A stretch of 64,000 bases of DNA from a virus (Duplodnaviria > Heunggongvirae > Uroviricota > Caudoviricetes), in the IMG/VR virus record IMGVR_UViG_3300043467_001216, one strand, 5' to 3'. The notes beneath the pieces were generated by a model, which saw only the letters and a list, made by a program, of their open reading frames with translations, was not told where the DNA came from and made no database searches. The position numbers and the translations under genes were made by a program. Position 1 is the stretch's first letter; each line of letters starts with the position of its first letter. Shown piece by piece: positions 1-9,385 of this stretch.

Positions 1-978
1 GCTATTGAGATTGGGGCGATGACTGCCTTAGTTGCGGTAACAAATAGAATTAAAGGTGGTGTTTGGTTAATGTTTGGATTGGTTACGTTCATTCAAATGG
101 TGGGTAATATATTCTTCTCATATAAGGAAGTTGATACTGCGAGTTACTTATTTAAATCTTGGATTGAATTAACGGCACCTATTTGGGAGGCGTTAGGTTC
201 GGACTCTACTGATTTAGTTGCTATGAAACGATGGATTGCGTTTTTGGAAGGTGGTTTACTACCAATCATTTCACTAACATCATTACACTTCTTTGTTAAG
301 TTTGATGATGGTAAACCTAAGATTGAACAAGCGGTTAATGACCAAATTACCGATTCGGTAACTCAATCAATTGAAGAAGATGTTGAACCTATGATTCATC
401 CTGAAGCTATTGAAAATGGGGTTTACGAGACAAGTAAAATAGTTAATGAACATAAGGAAGATGAAGCTAAAAAAGTTTGGAATAAAGTTCGTGAATTAAG
501 AGAAGAAGGTAAATTACCTACACCTACTCAGGAAGATTTGGAAGATGAACCAACGGCATTAGCTTTCACACCATATGAAGTTGAAGAAGAATCACCAATC
601 GTTGAAACATTTGTTAGTGAAGATGAATATCTTGATTTACAAGATAGTCATTCATTAGTAAGTGAACCTGTAAGTGAACCTGTAAGTGAACCTGTAAATG
701 AGGTTGTAAATGAGGTTGTAAATGAATCTGAAACTGAGGGAATAACTGAGGGAATAACTGAGGGTGTAAATGAGGGTGTAAATGAGGGTGTAGAACCGAT
801 TATTGAAACAACTGAAACTATTAATGACGATATTCGAGAGATATTGGAAGAAATTGGTGATGAGGTTATTTCACAAGATGAAACAGAAGAACAAGTAATT
901 AATGTTGAAGAGATTATTTCACAAGACGAACCGGAAGAAAATAAAGTAAGACGTTTGAGTTATGTGAAAAAATCATAA
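1..978 (+). CDS. membrane-anchored acidic repeat protein (5' end probably outside window)
   Basis: Frame open from base 1 (no stop before ATG at 19); hydrophobic helices near N-terminus; D/E-rich tail with tetrapeptide repeats SEPV/NEVV/TEGI/NEGV. Confidence 0.6.
   Translation, partial: AIEIGAMTALVAVTNRIKGGVWLMFGLVTFIQMVGNIFFSYKEVDTASYLFKSWIELTAPIWEALGSDSTDLVAMKRWIAFLEGGLLPIISLTSLHFFVKFDDGKPKIEQAVNDQITDSVTQSIEEDVEPMIHPEAIENGVYETSKIVNEHKEDEAKKVWNKVRELREEGKLPTPTQEDLEDEPTALAFTPYEVEEESPIVETFVSEDEYLDLQDSHSLVSEPVSEPVSEPVNEVVNEVVNESETEGITEGITEGVNEGVNEGVEPIIETTETINDDIREILEEIGDEVISQDETEEQVINVEEIISQDEPEENKVRRLSYVKKS
661..792 (+). repeat. 11 tandem in-frame 12-bp units
   Basis: agtgaacctgta x3, aatgaggttgta x2, aatgaatctgaa, actgagggaata x2, actgagggtgta, aatgagggtgta x2. 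Confidence 0.9.
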
Positions 979-981
979 CAC

Positions 982-991
982 ATATTTATAA
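982..991 (+). promoter_or_regulatory. ATATTTAT-type upstream motif
   Basis: ATATTTATAA directly abuts ATG at 992. Confidence 0.4.
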
Positions 992-1606
992 ATGAAAAAA
1001 TATGGGTTGATGGTAGACATTATTGAATATAAAAATTTTAAATCGTTAAGTGAGAATACTGATAAAAAACAAATCATATTAACTCACACTTCAAGGTATA
1101 TTAACGATTATCTACAATCATTAAAATATAGACATAATGGGGATTATACTAAAATCCCCAATTATGTTATTGGTCGGGATGGTAAAATTCTTCAATTATT
1201 AAACAATGAAGAATGTTCTCAAATATTTAAAAACCCTGACATAGATAATAAATCAATTGTAATTTCATTAGAAAATTTAGGGTGGGTTCAAAAAGAACCC
1301 TTAACAAACCATTACGTTAACTGGATTGGTGATATTTATAATGGAGAGGTGTTTGAGAGAAAATGGAGAGATTACTATTTTTGGCAACCATACACTGATG
1401 GACAGATTAATTCATTAGTGTCTTTGTGTAAAAAAATATTTGGTGAAACCAAGATTGAATTTCAATTCATCGGTCATAATACAAAAATAACTGATTTTCA
1501 TAAATATGAGGGGTTATTAACAAGAAGTAATTACGATGTTTCATTTACAGATGTTAGTCCAGCCTTTAATTTTGAAGATTTTATAAAAAAAATAGAAAAT
1601 GGGTAA
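992..1606 (+). CDS. putative N-acetylmuramoyl-L-alanine amidase (Amidase_2/PGRP-like)
   Basis: IILTHTS, NYVIGRDGKILQ, NKSIVISLENLGW and YTDGQINSLVSLCKKI resemble the T7-lysozyme/PGRP fold; judged by eye only. Confidence 0.45.
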   Translation: MKKYGLMVDIIEYKNFKSLSENTDKKQIILTHTSRYINDYLQSLKYRHNGDYTKIPNYVIGRDGKILQLLNNEECSQIFKNPDIDNKSIVISLENLGWVQKEPLTNHYVNWIGDIYNGEVFERKWRDYYFWQPYTDGQINSLVSLCKKIFGETKIEFQFIGHNTKITDFHKYEGLLTRSNYDVSFTDVSPAFNFEDFIKKIENG

Positions 1607-2219
1607 TTCACACGACGAAATTAAAAGATTATTAAAAGCCTCAAGAACATTATTATCTAACGATAAATTAAATGAGGAGTATGAAGATATTAGAATCAAA
1701 TATAACATATTATCAGAACAATCAGTGGTTGGTGATAGATATAATGTTGGTCAGAGTATTGAGGATGAAATCGAAGATGACGAATATGAAACCGCAGAAA
1801 CGGAAGATGAGGAAATTGAAGATGAAGGGAGTGGTAGTGACAAGAAACAAGGTTATAGAGTTTCAGGGGGTATTTTAGTTTTACACGGTAAAGAACAAAC
1901 CGATTTAGAATTAACTACAGACGAGAAAATCACATTTCAAGAAACTATGGATGAATTTGTTACTGAAGTTTCAGATTTGGTTGATTTTAATAAACTAAAC
2001 ATTTATCCAAAAAACGTGGAGTGGTCAGGTAAAATCATTGATTTTGACATTGAATTTTATTTTAGTATTGGTGAGGAAAATGGGGTTTATATTGATAGTC
2101 AAATGGTTAAAGTTGATGAACAGTTTTTAGACTTATTAACTAAATTACAACAATACTACGAGAAATTCAAATCTAAATGGTCTAAAGTATTAGCGAGTAG
2201 AAAACGAACAACAGTATAA
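1599..2219 (+). CDS. hypothetical acidic protein
   Basis: 206-aa ORF, 8-nt overlap with upstream gene; nested ORF 1672-1878 rejected. Confidence 0.6.
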   Translation: MGNSHDEIKRLLKASRTLLSNDKLNEEYEDIRIKYNILSEQSVVGDRYNVGQSIEDEIEDDEYETAETEDEEIEDEGSGSDKKQGYRVSGGILVLHGKEQTDLELTTDEKITFQETMDEFVTEVSDLVDFNKLNIYPKNVEWSGKIIDFDIEFYFSIGEENGVYIDSQMVKVDEQFLDLLTKLQQYYEKFKSKWSKVLASRKRTTV

Positions 2220-2238
2220 TAAATTAAATTAGAATGAT

Positions 2239-2487
2239 ATGGCTTTAAGTACAACTGACAAACGAGAAATTGAAAATATTGTTAGAAAAGAAATAAAAGA
2301 CTTCTTGGGTTCTAATACTATTAAACAATTTGAAAATAAATTATTGGATATAATTGCTAGTGAATTAAATAACCGTAGTAAAGTTAATACTAATGTTAAA
2401 GAGATTGTGGTTAAAGTTTTTAGAGAATTCTATTACTATATGTGGTCTCAAAAAAGTTCTTGGGAACCTAAATTAAGAAATGCTTAA
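2239..2487 (+). CDS. hypothetical protein
   Basis: 82-aa ORF in + strand gene train. Confidence 0.55.
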   Translation: MALSTTDKREIENIVRKEIKDFLGSNTIKQFENKLLDIIASELNNRSKVNTNVKEIVVKVFREFYYYMWSQKSSWEPKLRNA

Positions 2488-3121
2488 AAAAATGGAAAGT
2501 ATTGTTAAAAGATTAGTTGATGGGTTTAATAAAAATAGTTCAGGTAAATTAACAGGTATGGAAGGTGCCTTGGCGAAGAATGATTTTATGAGAGATATTA
2601 GTGAAGAAGATATGGATGAAAAATGGTCTGAAAATTTTAAGAAAAGTATCGACTGTGATAATCCAAAAGGGTTTTCTCAAAAAGCTCATTGTCAGGGTAA
2701 AAAGAAAAAAGGTGAACATCAAGAATCAACAGGTGCTGCAAGTGCCGGTGGTTATTCCGCACCATTGTTTGGTGAGTCTGACGGGGAAATCACTAAAGTT
2801 GAGGCTAATGAAGTGACAAGTAGTTCTTCTGTTGGTGCGTATGACGCTCCTGGTTTTGAAGATGTTAAGATGAGAGGTAATCATACTCGTGGTTCAGGTA
2901 GGTCTTATAAAAAGACACAAGTACCAGGTGGTTCTTTTGTACAGGTTAAATCAAAATGTAAGAAATTTCCATATTGTAATCAAGGTATTGGAGCAATTAA
3001 ACTATATGGAGGTAAAAAACTGAACGAGGCAATATCCAAAGTGAGTAATAAAATGAATATAAGTGAAGATACCGTTAGAGAAATCATTGCTTATGAATAT
3101 AGAAATTTACTTTCAAAGTAA
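2480..3121 (+). CDS. hypothetical protein
   Basis: 213-aa ORF overlapping upstream stop by 8 nt. Confidence 0.6.
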   Translation: MLKKMESIVKRLVDGFNKNSSGKLTGMEGALAKNDFMRDISEEDMDEKWSENFKKSIDCDNPKGFSQKAHCQGKKKKGEHQESTGAASAGGYSAPLFGESDGEITKVEANEVTSSSSVGAYDAPGFEDVKMRGNHTRGSGRSYKKTQVPGGSFVQVKSKCKKFPYCNQGIGAIKLYGGKKLNEAISKVSNKMNISEDTVREIIAYEYRNLLSK

Positions 3122-3138
3122 TTTAAAATAAAAACTAA

Positions 3139-3150
3139 ATATTTATATAA
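3139..3150 (+). promoter_or_regulatory. ATATTTAT-type upstream motif
   Basis: ATATTTATATAA 12 nt before ATG 3162. Confidence 0.35.
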
Positions 3151-3161
3151 AAAAATATAAA

Positions 3162-4898
3162 ATGAAAAGAGAAAATAGTTTAATATCAAAATTAGTTGAT
3201 AAAGTATTAAATGAAACAATCGAAGAAAGAGCCAATTCTTTAGTTTCAAGATTAAAACATAAAGAAATGAAAGAAACTCATACAGGTTCAAAAATCAAAG
3301 GTATTATCAATAGTATGAAAGGTGAGGTTAACGAACTTGGAGGTATGGATGATGGTCATCCAAAATTAGGTGGTAAAAGATTTAAAAAAGATATGTCAGA
3401 TGACGAAATTGATGATATCCTTAGTCAATTAAGAATGGGTGATGATGATGATTTTGAAGATGGTGTTGATGAAATGCCACCATTTAAAAGAGGACGTGAT
3501 TATGAGGATGATGATTTTGACAATGAACTTGATGAAAATTACGATAGTGAAGAATTACAAAGTCATTTTGATGATAAGGAATATGATGACTTTGATTTTG
3601 AATCGAGTAAAGGTAGACTTAGACCTAATTTAAGAGATTTAGAAGGTGGAACAACGCACGGACGTGAATTTATGAAAGATTTTAAAGATAGAAGTGATTT
3701 TGCTAAGAAATTAAGACGTGGGTTTAGAGGTGAAGAAAACGAGGAACAACTATACGAAATCGAAATGGAACCTCAAGGTGAAGTATGTGAGTGTGGTGGT
3801 GATATGTATGAGGGTGTTTGTAATGAGTGTGGTACATCTTTAGGAATGATGGAAGAATCTGAAGATATTGAAATGAAAGAAACAAATGCTGAAGGATGTA
3901 AGACTGTTAAAGAAGTTGTTAAATCACAAAACGGTGAAGTTACTGAATTAGACCAAGAATTAATGGAAAGATATAATTGTGGTTCTTTAAAAGAATCTTT
4001 AATCCGTAGAGGTCTTATGAAAGAATCTTTAAAAGGTAATCAGAAAAAAATTGACAAAAACAAAAATAATAAAATTGATGCTGAAGATTTTGCGTTATTA
4101 AGAAAAGGTAAAAAAACTGAGACTAAAGAATCATTAAAAGGTGGACAGAAAAAACTTGATAAAAACAAGAATAATAAGATTGACTCTGAAGATTTTGAGA
4201 TGTTAAGAAATGGTAAAAAATCTAAAGATAAAGAAACTGTTACAGTAACTGAAAGTGAGTTGATTTCATTAATTGAAGAAATGGTTAATGAGGAGTTTGA
4301 AACTATTGGTACTAAACCAAGAGGTTTATCTGAATATGAACGAGCTCATAAAAAATCAGGAAGTGAAAACAAAGAGTATTTCAAGTCATTGAAGAAAAAA
4401 ATGGATGATTATCTAAAAGATGGTTCTAAAGGTGATTATGAAGAAAACCCAAAACATTTTCCAAAAGGTAATGGTGAGTTAGAAAAAATGAAAGCTAAAA
4501 AATATACTATGTCTAAAGATGGTGATGAGTTCATTGATGATTTTATGAGACCTGGTATGGAAAATTTAGATTACGATGAAATTCACCCTGACGAAAAATG
4601 GATGGAGGATAATATTGAAGGTTCATCAAGAACAGGAAATAATCCTAAATGGGGTAATGCTGAAGAAACTGAATTAGGTAAAAAACTTAATAAAAAACGT
4701 AAAGACAATAAATTTGCTAAAGCAACTAGACAAGCTTATAATAAATCTGCTCAACCTGTTATATCAGATAAAACGGGTGAAGATAGTGGTAAAGGTCTTA
4801 ATATTAAATTAGAATCTACTGATAAGAAAGAAAAAGTTTTAAATGAAGAATTCATCAAGATTAAAAACTTGATGAGTTACAATAGAAAAACTCAATAA
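3162..4898 (+). CDS. large charged protein with zinc-ribbon-like CxCG..CxxCG and internal 35-aa duplication
   Basis: 578-aa ORF; CECGGDMYEGVCNECG; KESLKG.QKK.DKNKNNKID.EDF..LR.GKK repeated twice. Confidence 0.7.
   Translation: MKRENSLISKLVDKVLNETIEERANSLVSRLKHKEMKETHTGSKIKGIINSMKGEVNELGGMDDGHPKLGGKRFKKDMSDDEIDDILSQLRMGDDDDFEDGVDEMPPFKRGRDYEDDDFDNELDENYDSEELQSHFDDKEYDDFDFESSKGRLRPNLRDLEGGTTHGREFMKDFKDRSDFAKKLRRGFRGEENEEQLYEIEMEPQGEVCECGGDMYEGVCNECGTSLGMMEESEDIEMKETNAEGCKTVKEVVKSQNGEVTELDQELMERYNCGSLKESLIRRGLMKESLKGNQKKIDKNKNNKIDAEDFALLRKGKKTETKESLKGGQKKLDKNKNNKIDSEDFEMLRNGKKSKDKETVTVTESELISLIEEMVNEEFETIGTKPRGLSEYERAHKKSGSENKEYFKSLKKKMDDYLKDGSKGDYEENPKHFPKGNGELEKMKAKKYTMSKDGDEFIDDFMRPGMENLDYDEIHPDEKWMEDNIEGSSRTGNNPKWGNAEETELGKKLNKKRKDNKFAKATRQAYNKSAQPVISDKTGEDSGKGLNIKLESTDKKEKVLNEEFIKIKNLMSYNRKTQ
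4020..4229 (+). repeat. two tandem 105-bp (35-codon) units inside CDS
   Basis: units 4020-4124 and 4125-4229 encode near-identical peptides. Confidence 0.85.
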
Positions 4899-4945
4899 TT
4901 TACTTTACAAAATAACTAATTATTATTTCTCCATAGACTAACTCT

Positions 4946-5410
4946 ATGGAGAATTTTTTTAACTATATAACAAAACCTGTGAGACCTGAAGATGTTGATG
5001 TGTGGTTTAGAAGTAATAACATTATTCCTGAAAAATTGGAATTATTTTATGATTTTACCTATTCACTTAATAAGACAATTGTTGATACGTATTTAGGTAG
5101 TACAACAGGTAATGAAACTAAAATAGTTATGACAACTGATGACATTGAAAATCATTTTAAATGGTGTTGGAATAGAACAGTTGAAAACTTCAAGAAAGAA
5201 AGTATCACATTCAATATTACAGGTGAACATTATGAATATTATAATTCATTTTTCTTAGATACTTTTTATAATCAAAAGAATGATGAGATAAGAAACTCAA
5301 TTGACGGTTTCTTTGATGATTTATTTGATACTCAAAAACCATTTACTAAATCCGATTTAGATATGATATCATCTATCTACAAAGTATTGGAAAAAAATAT
5401 TAGTAAGTAA
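4946..5410 (+). CDS. hypothetical protein
   Basis: 154-aa ORF. Confidence 0.65.
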   Translation: MENFFNYITKPVRPEDVDVWFRSNNIIPEKLELFYDFTYSLNKTIVDTYLGSTTGNETKIVMTTDDIENHFKWCWNRTVENFKKESITFNITGEHYEYYNSFFLDTFYNQKNDEIRNSIDGFFDDLFDTQKPFTKSDLDMISSIYKVLEKNISK

Positions 5411-5488
5411 AAAAATCCCCCTACTATTTACATTAACGACTATAAAATTAAATTATAGTATAATAATAAAATTAAACAATTTAATTAA

Positions 5489-5668
5489 ATGGAAACATTA
5501 GAACAAATCAAAACTTTGACTGAGGAATTGTCAGTTGACGCAACTAAGTTCTTTAAAGGTAATAACAGTGCGGGAACAAGAGCGAGACAATCGGCTCAAA
5601 AATTAAAGAATTTATTACAATCTTTAAGAGAAGAGATTTTAACGGAAAGAAAAAAAGAGGAGAAGTAA
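5489..5668 (+). CDS. histone H1-like small basic DNA-binding protein (Bacteroidetes type)
   Basis: 59-aa ORF below ORF-track cutoff; FFKGNNSAGTRARQSAQKLKNLLQSLREEI matches the ~60-aa H1/Hc1-like proteins common in Bacteroidetes. Confidence 0.5.
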   Translation: METLEQIKTLTEELSVDATKFFKGNNSAGTRARQSAQKLKNLLQSLREEILTERKKEEK

Positions 5669-5856
5669 TGAACGACTTTAATACAATATATCTTTTTGTA
5701 TTTATCTTTTCAATGTTAACTGTGTTAAGAACAGTTTTCAGGTTTATAGTTTCCCTTCTACAAGAATCACCACAAAAATTGGTTCTTAGTAGTAGGGAAC
5801 TAATATTCCTTGCCATTTCAATATCATATTGTTTAACGTATATAATAAAATTTTAA
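5668..5856 (+). CDS. small membrane protein
   Basis: TAATG coupling to upstream ORF; two hydrophobic helices. Confidence 0.4.
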   Translation: MNDFNTIYLFVFIFSMLTVLRTVFRFIVSLLQESPQKLVLSSRELIFLAISISYCLTYIIKF

Positions 5857-5858
5857 TT

Positions 5859-6308
5859 ATGAGTTTATTTACTGAATTTTCTACATTGTTTCCTTATCTA
5901 CAATCTGTTAGAAAATTAAAAAATTATTTAAGTTTTGATGTACATTTTCCAACTAGTTGGAAAATACCTAAGAAGTTTGTTAATGAACAAAAAGTTGTGG
6001 AACAAGAATCTAAATTAGATGGCCATAGATTAATTTCTTTTGTGTCGGAAATTAGTGAAACGTCTGTTGCTGATACGACATCTGATATTCAAAATATTAT
6101 TAAATATAATTTAGATAGGGAAGAAAAAGATAAGTTATTTCAAACTAAGGTTAACGAATTAAAGACTATCTTTGAAAAACAAAATTTAAACAAATTAAAG
6201 AATTTAGTATTTGATTATAAATCTGAAAGAATAACGTTAGATGACGATGATGACACCGAAGAATCCGTTGACGAAGGAAGAGAGATTGTTGGAGAGGGAC
6301 AGGATTAA
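5859..6308 (+). CDS. hypothetical protein
   Basis: start moved to ATG 5859 just after upstream stop. Confidence 0.55.
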   Translation: MSLFTEFSTLFPYLQSVRKLKNYLSFDVHFPTSWKIPKKFVNEQKVVEQESKLDGHRLISFVSEISETSVADTTSDIQNIIKYNLDREEKDKLFQTKVNELKTIFEKQNLNKLKNLVFDYKSERITLDDDDDTEESVDEGREIVGEGQD

Positions 6309-6309
6309 A

Positions 6310-6444
6310 ATGTTTAATGAATTGGAACGTCAAAAGTTACAATTCATTAATAATATTAAACAACAAACTAAAGAGGGTATTTTACCTAAAAAACCTGAAA
6401 AGAAATCGTTATGGAAGAGAATTATAAAAGTGTTGATGGGATAA
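6310..6444 (+). CDS. small hypothetical protein
   Basis: 44 aa from ATG 6310; the longer track ORF overlaps the upstream gene. Confidence 0.35.
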   Translation: MFNELERQKLQFINNIKQQTKEGILPKKPEKKSLWKRIIKVLMG

Positions 6445-6677
6445 TTGAGAAACTAGCGTTGATTAGTGATGCTGTTGACTCGTTATTTCCTGATGGTAGA
6501 AGTGCGGTTGTGTTTCAATTGAAGACTGAGGAGTTTAAGAAAGTACAAAGTAATTTTAGAGAAATTGATAGGGAACACAAACAATTTAAAATTGATATCT
6601 CTGGTGTTGAATTTATTTTTTTTGAGGAAACGTCGTTGACTGACGAAATAAATACTGTTTCGGATAACCAAGATTAA
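6411..6677 (+). CDS. hypothetical protein
   Basis: 88-aa ORF; 3' end overlaps convergent gene by 65 nt. Confidence 0.45.
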   Translation: MEENYKSVDGIIEKLALISDAVDSLFPDGRSAVVFQLKTEEFKKVQSNFREIDREHKQFKIDISGVEFIFFEETSLTDEINTVSDNQD

Positions 6678-7251
6678 CTAACATATCGTAAAGATATTTT
6701 CGTTGTGGGGTGGATGAATCTTTAATAAAGATACAATCCATCCTTTTTTCATTTATATACTTTTGAGATAAGTTATCTATGAAACGTGACGAATCAATTT
6801 CATTCTTAAATGTGAAAAGATTTGTGTTCTCATTTAGTTGAACGATTACCTTATTATTTAGTTTTGAAACCATTTTTAATCCGTCACCCCTTAAATACTT
6901 TTTAATTAATTCCTCACAATTGATTTTCTTTTTAGTGGAATAATCGACAAACTCTTCGTTTATTTTGTAATTGTTTATTTGTAACATACAGTAATCATCG
7001 TCTTCTACGGTAACCTTACTTTGTCTACCAAATTCATCTTTAATGTATATTGTGTTATTTTTTGATTTAGGTCCTAACAACCCTAATTCAAAGGTACTAT
7101 GATACCCGTTTTCGTGTTGTCTGTCAAAAATAACCTCATCACTAATAGATAATAGATTATTATAATACTTTTGAGCCCTATCAATTGTTTTAAATTTCTT
7201 GATAATTTTCTTTTTTAATCTATTTTTGAATAACACTATTATATAGTCCAT
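6613..7251 (-). CDS. hypothetical protein
   Basis: 212-aa minus-strand ORF. Confidence 0.65.
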   Translation of the reverse strand: MDYIIVLFKNRLKKKIIKKFKTIDRAQKYYNNLLSISDEVIFDRQHENGYHSTFELGLLGPKSKNNTIYIKDEFGRQSKVTVEDDDYCMLQINNYKINEEFVDYSTKKKINCEELIKKYLRGDGLKMVSKLNNKVIVQLNENTNLFTFKNEIDSSRFIDNLSQKYINEKRMDCIFIKDSSTPQRKYLYDMLVNLGYPKQYLFRQSTTFPQKK

Positions 7252-7284
7252 ACATAATAAATAATTTTATAAATAAATAAGTAA

Positions 7285-8208
7285 ATGCAAACAAATTATT
7301 ACGACGTACTTGGAGTTAAAGAAAACTCAGACCAAGACACGATTAAAAAAGCTTATAGGTCTTTGGCGAAAAAACATCATCCAGATAAAGGTGGTAATGA
7401 TGAGATGTTTAAGAAAGTTTCTGAAGCTTATGATGTTTTAGGGGATGAAAATAAACGAAGACAATATGATACCCAAAAACAAAACCCATTTCATAATGCA
7501 AGAGGTGGTGGGAATGGATTTAATCCATTTGATGAAATGTTCAATATGTTTAATGGTGGTCGACAAAGACAGAGAACTGTTCCTGATAAAATAATTGATA
7601 TTTTAATAACACCTGTAGAATCCTATAATGCGGTTGATAAACATATTAAATATCAAAGAAAACATATGTGTGTTGATTGTCACGGTAATGGGGGTGATAG
7701 ACAACACTGTGGACATTGTAATGGTACTGGTGTGATAACACAACGAATTGGTACGGGAATGTTTATTCAAATGGTTCAATCGCATTGTAATGTTTGTAAT
7801 GGTGTTGGTTATACATATACTAGAGTTTGTGGGACTTGTAAAGGTTCTTGTACTACTGAAAAAATGGACAGTATTAGTGTTAAATTACCTCACGGAATTG
7901 ATGACGGTCAATTTTTGAAAGTTCAAGGGAGAGGTGATTTTAGTAATGGTATTTATGGTAATTTAATTATTAGAATTAAAGTTAAAAATGATAGTAATTT
8001 TGAGAAATTTGGGGATGATTTAATTTATAATAAATTTTTGAACTTAGATGAATTAAAAGTGGATTCGTTTGTAGTCCCACATCCTTCAGGTGACTTATCA
8101 ATAAAAATACCACCAGTATTTGATTCATCAATACCTTTAAGAGTTAAATCTAAAGGTTATAATAATGGTGAGTTGTATATTAAATTATATGTAAAGTTCA
8201 CACGTTAA
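7285..8208 (+). CDS. dnaJ: type I DnaJ/Hsp40 co-chaperone
   Basis: J domain with HPD (YYDVLGV...KKHHPDKGG); G/F-rich linker; four CxxCxGxG zinc-finger repeats ([32 protein letters not shown]); C-terminal domain. Confidence 0.9.
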   Translation: MQTNYYDVLGVKENSDQDTIKKAYRSLAKKHHPDKGGNDEMFKKVSEAYDVLGDENKRRQYDTQKQNPFHNARGGGNGFNPFDEMFNMFNGGRQRQRTVPDKIIDILITPVESYNAVDKHIKYQRKHMCVDCHGNGGDRQHCGHCNGTGVITQRIGTGMFIQMVQSHCNVCNGVGYTYTRVCGTCKGSCTTEKMDSISVKLPHGIDDGQFLKVQGRGDFSNGIYGNLIIRIKVKNDSNFEKFGDDLIYNKFLNLDELKVDSFVVPHPSGDLSIKIPPVFDSSIPLRVKSKGYNNGELYIKLYVKFTR

Positions 8209-8433
8209 TTAACGTGTGAACAATGATGCGATATCTTTAACAATTTGAACTAAACCGTAAAATCCAAGAAATAATATTGCAACACCAATGGCAACTAATT
8301 TAAGGTTACCTGATGATAAAGCTTTATTTTTGCAACTTTTACATTCCTTTTTATTTTTATTAGGTTCTGTGTAGTTAGGGACTTCAACTAAGGTTGAAAA
8401 AATTTCTTCTTGATTTGTTTCTTGATTTTCCAT
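8209..8433 (-). CDS. small tail-anchored membrane protein
   Basis: 74 aa with C-terminal hydrophobic helix LKLVAIGVAILFLGFYGLV. Confidence 0.5.
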   Translation of the reverse strand: MENQETNQEEIFSTLVEVPNYTEPNKNKKECKSCKNKALSSGNLKLVAIGVAILFLGFYGLVQIVKDIASLFTR

Positions 8434-8504
8434 ATATTTTAGTATTATTAAATAATAATAATTAGTATTTTTCTAATTTTAAATAATTAAACAAAAAATA
8501 AAAT

Positions 8505-9344
8505 ATGTTATCTTATATTGGTGGTAAAAGTAAAATTGGTAAATGGATAGTTCCATTCATACCTAAAGACATTGAAACGTATGTCGAACCATTTAGTGGT
8601 ATGTATTGGGTTTTCTTCAATATGGATTTGAAAGAGTATCCTAACCTAAAGAAAGTTGTTTACAACGACTTTAACCCACTAAATTATAACCTATTCAAGT
8701 GTGTTCAGAACCCCCAAGAGTTGTTGAAGGCAATCAATTCAATTGAGTGTCAACAATTCGGAGTTGAGGTAACACCACCACACTTAAAAGAACAATTTAT
8801 CAGCTTTCAGGCTGAAATTTTTAAGGAAGGTTTCAGCGTAGAACCTGGTGATTATGTGGTCGCGGCTAAGTATGTGTATGTGTTGACTCAGGTGTTCTCA
8901 GGTTCAAAACCTGAAACCTCATCATATATTGACTTGAAAGGTAAATACAAATCAAAGTATCTAACATTTAGAGATAAGTTAAGTAAACCTGATTGGGTAG
9001 AACATTTCTTAAAGATAACTCACGTTGAGAATATGGACTTTGCTGATGTAATAACTAAGTATGATGGTGAGAAAAGTTATTTCTATACTGACCCGCCATA
9101 TTGGAAGACTGAGAATTACTATTCAAATCACGACTTCGATAGAAACGACCACGAGAGATTGGCAAATACACTAAAAGGTATTCAAGGTAAGTTCTCATTA
9201 TCTTATTATGATTTTGAAATATTATCTGAGTGGTTTCCAAAAAATGAGTATATTTGGGAGAGTAAACTATTCGCCAAAGCGGCAGCAGCTAAAAAAGGTA
9301 AAACACAAACTATGGGTGAAGAGTTATTAATTATGAATTATTAA
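8505..9344 (+). CDS. DNA N6-adenine methyltransferase, D12 (Dam-like) class
   Basis: YIGGKSKI, EPFSGMYWVFF (SAM-binding) and YTDPPYW (DPPY catalytic motif). Confidence 0.85.
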   Translation: MLSYIGGKSKIGKWIVPFIPKDIETYVEPFSGMYWVFFNMDLKEYPNLKKVVYNDFNPLNYNLFKCVQNPQELLKAINSIECQQFGVEVTPPHLKEQFISFQAEIFKEGFSVEPGDYVVAAKYVYVLTQVFSGSKPETSSYIDLKGKYKSKYLTFRDKLSKPDWVEHFLKITHVENMDFADVITKYDGEKSYFYTDPPYWKTENYYSNHDFDRNDHERLANTLKGIQGKFSLSYYDFEILSEWFPKNEYIWESKLFAKAAAAKKGKTQTMGEELLIMNY

Positions 9345-9362
9345 TTATTTTTGAATTTAGTA

Positions 9363-9377
9363 ATATTTATAGATAAA
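9363..9377 (+). promoter_or_regulatory. ATATTTAT-type upstream motif
   Basis: ATATTTATAGATAAA 8 nt before ATG 9386. Confidence 0.4.
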
Positions 9378-9385
9378 AATAAAGT

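Noticed and set aside
5553-5816. 87-aa minus-strand ORF
   Set aside because: It overlaps two coupled + strand small genes (the H1-like protein and a membrane peptide) that have a better context (TAATG coupling).
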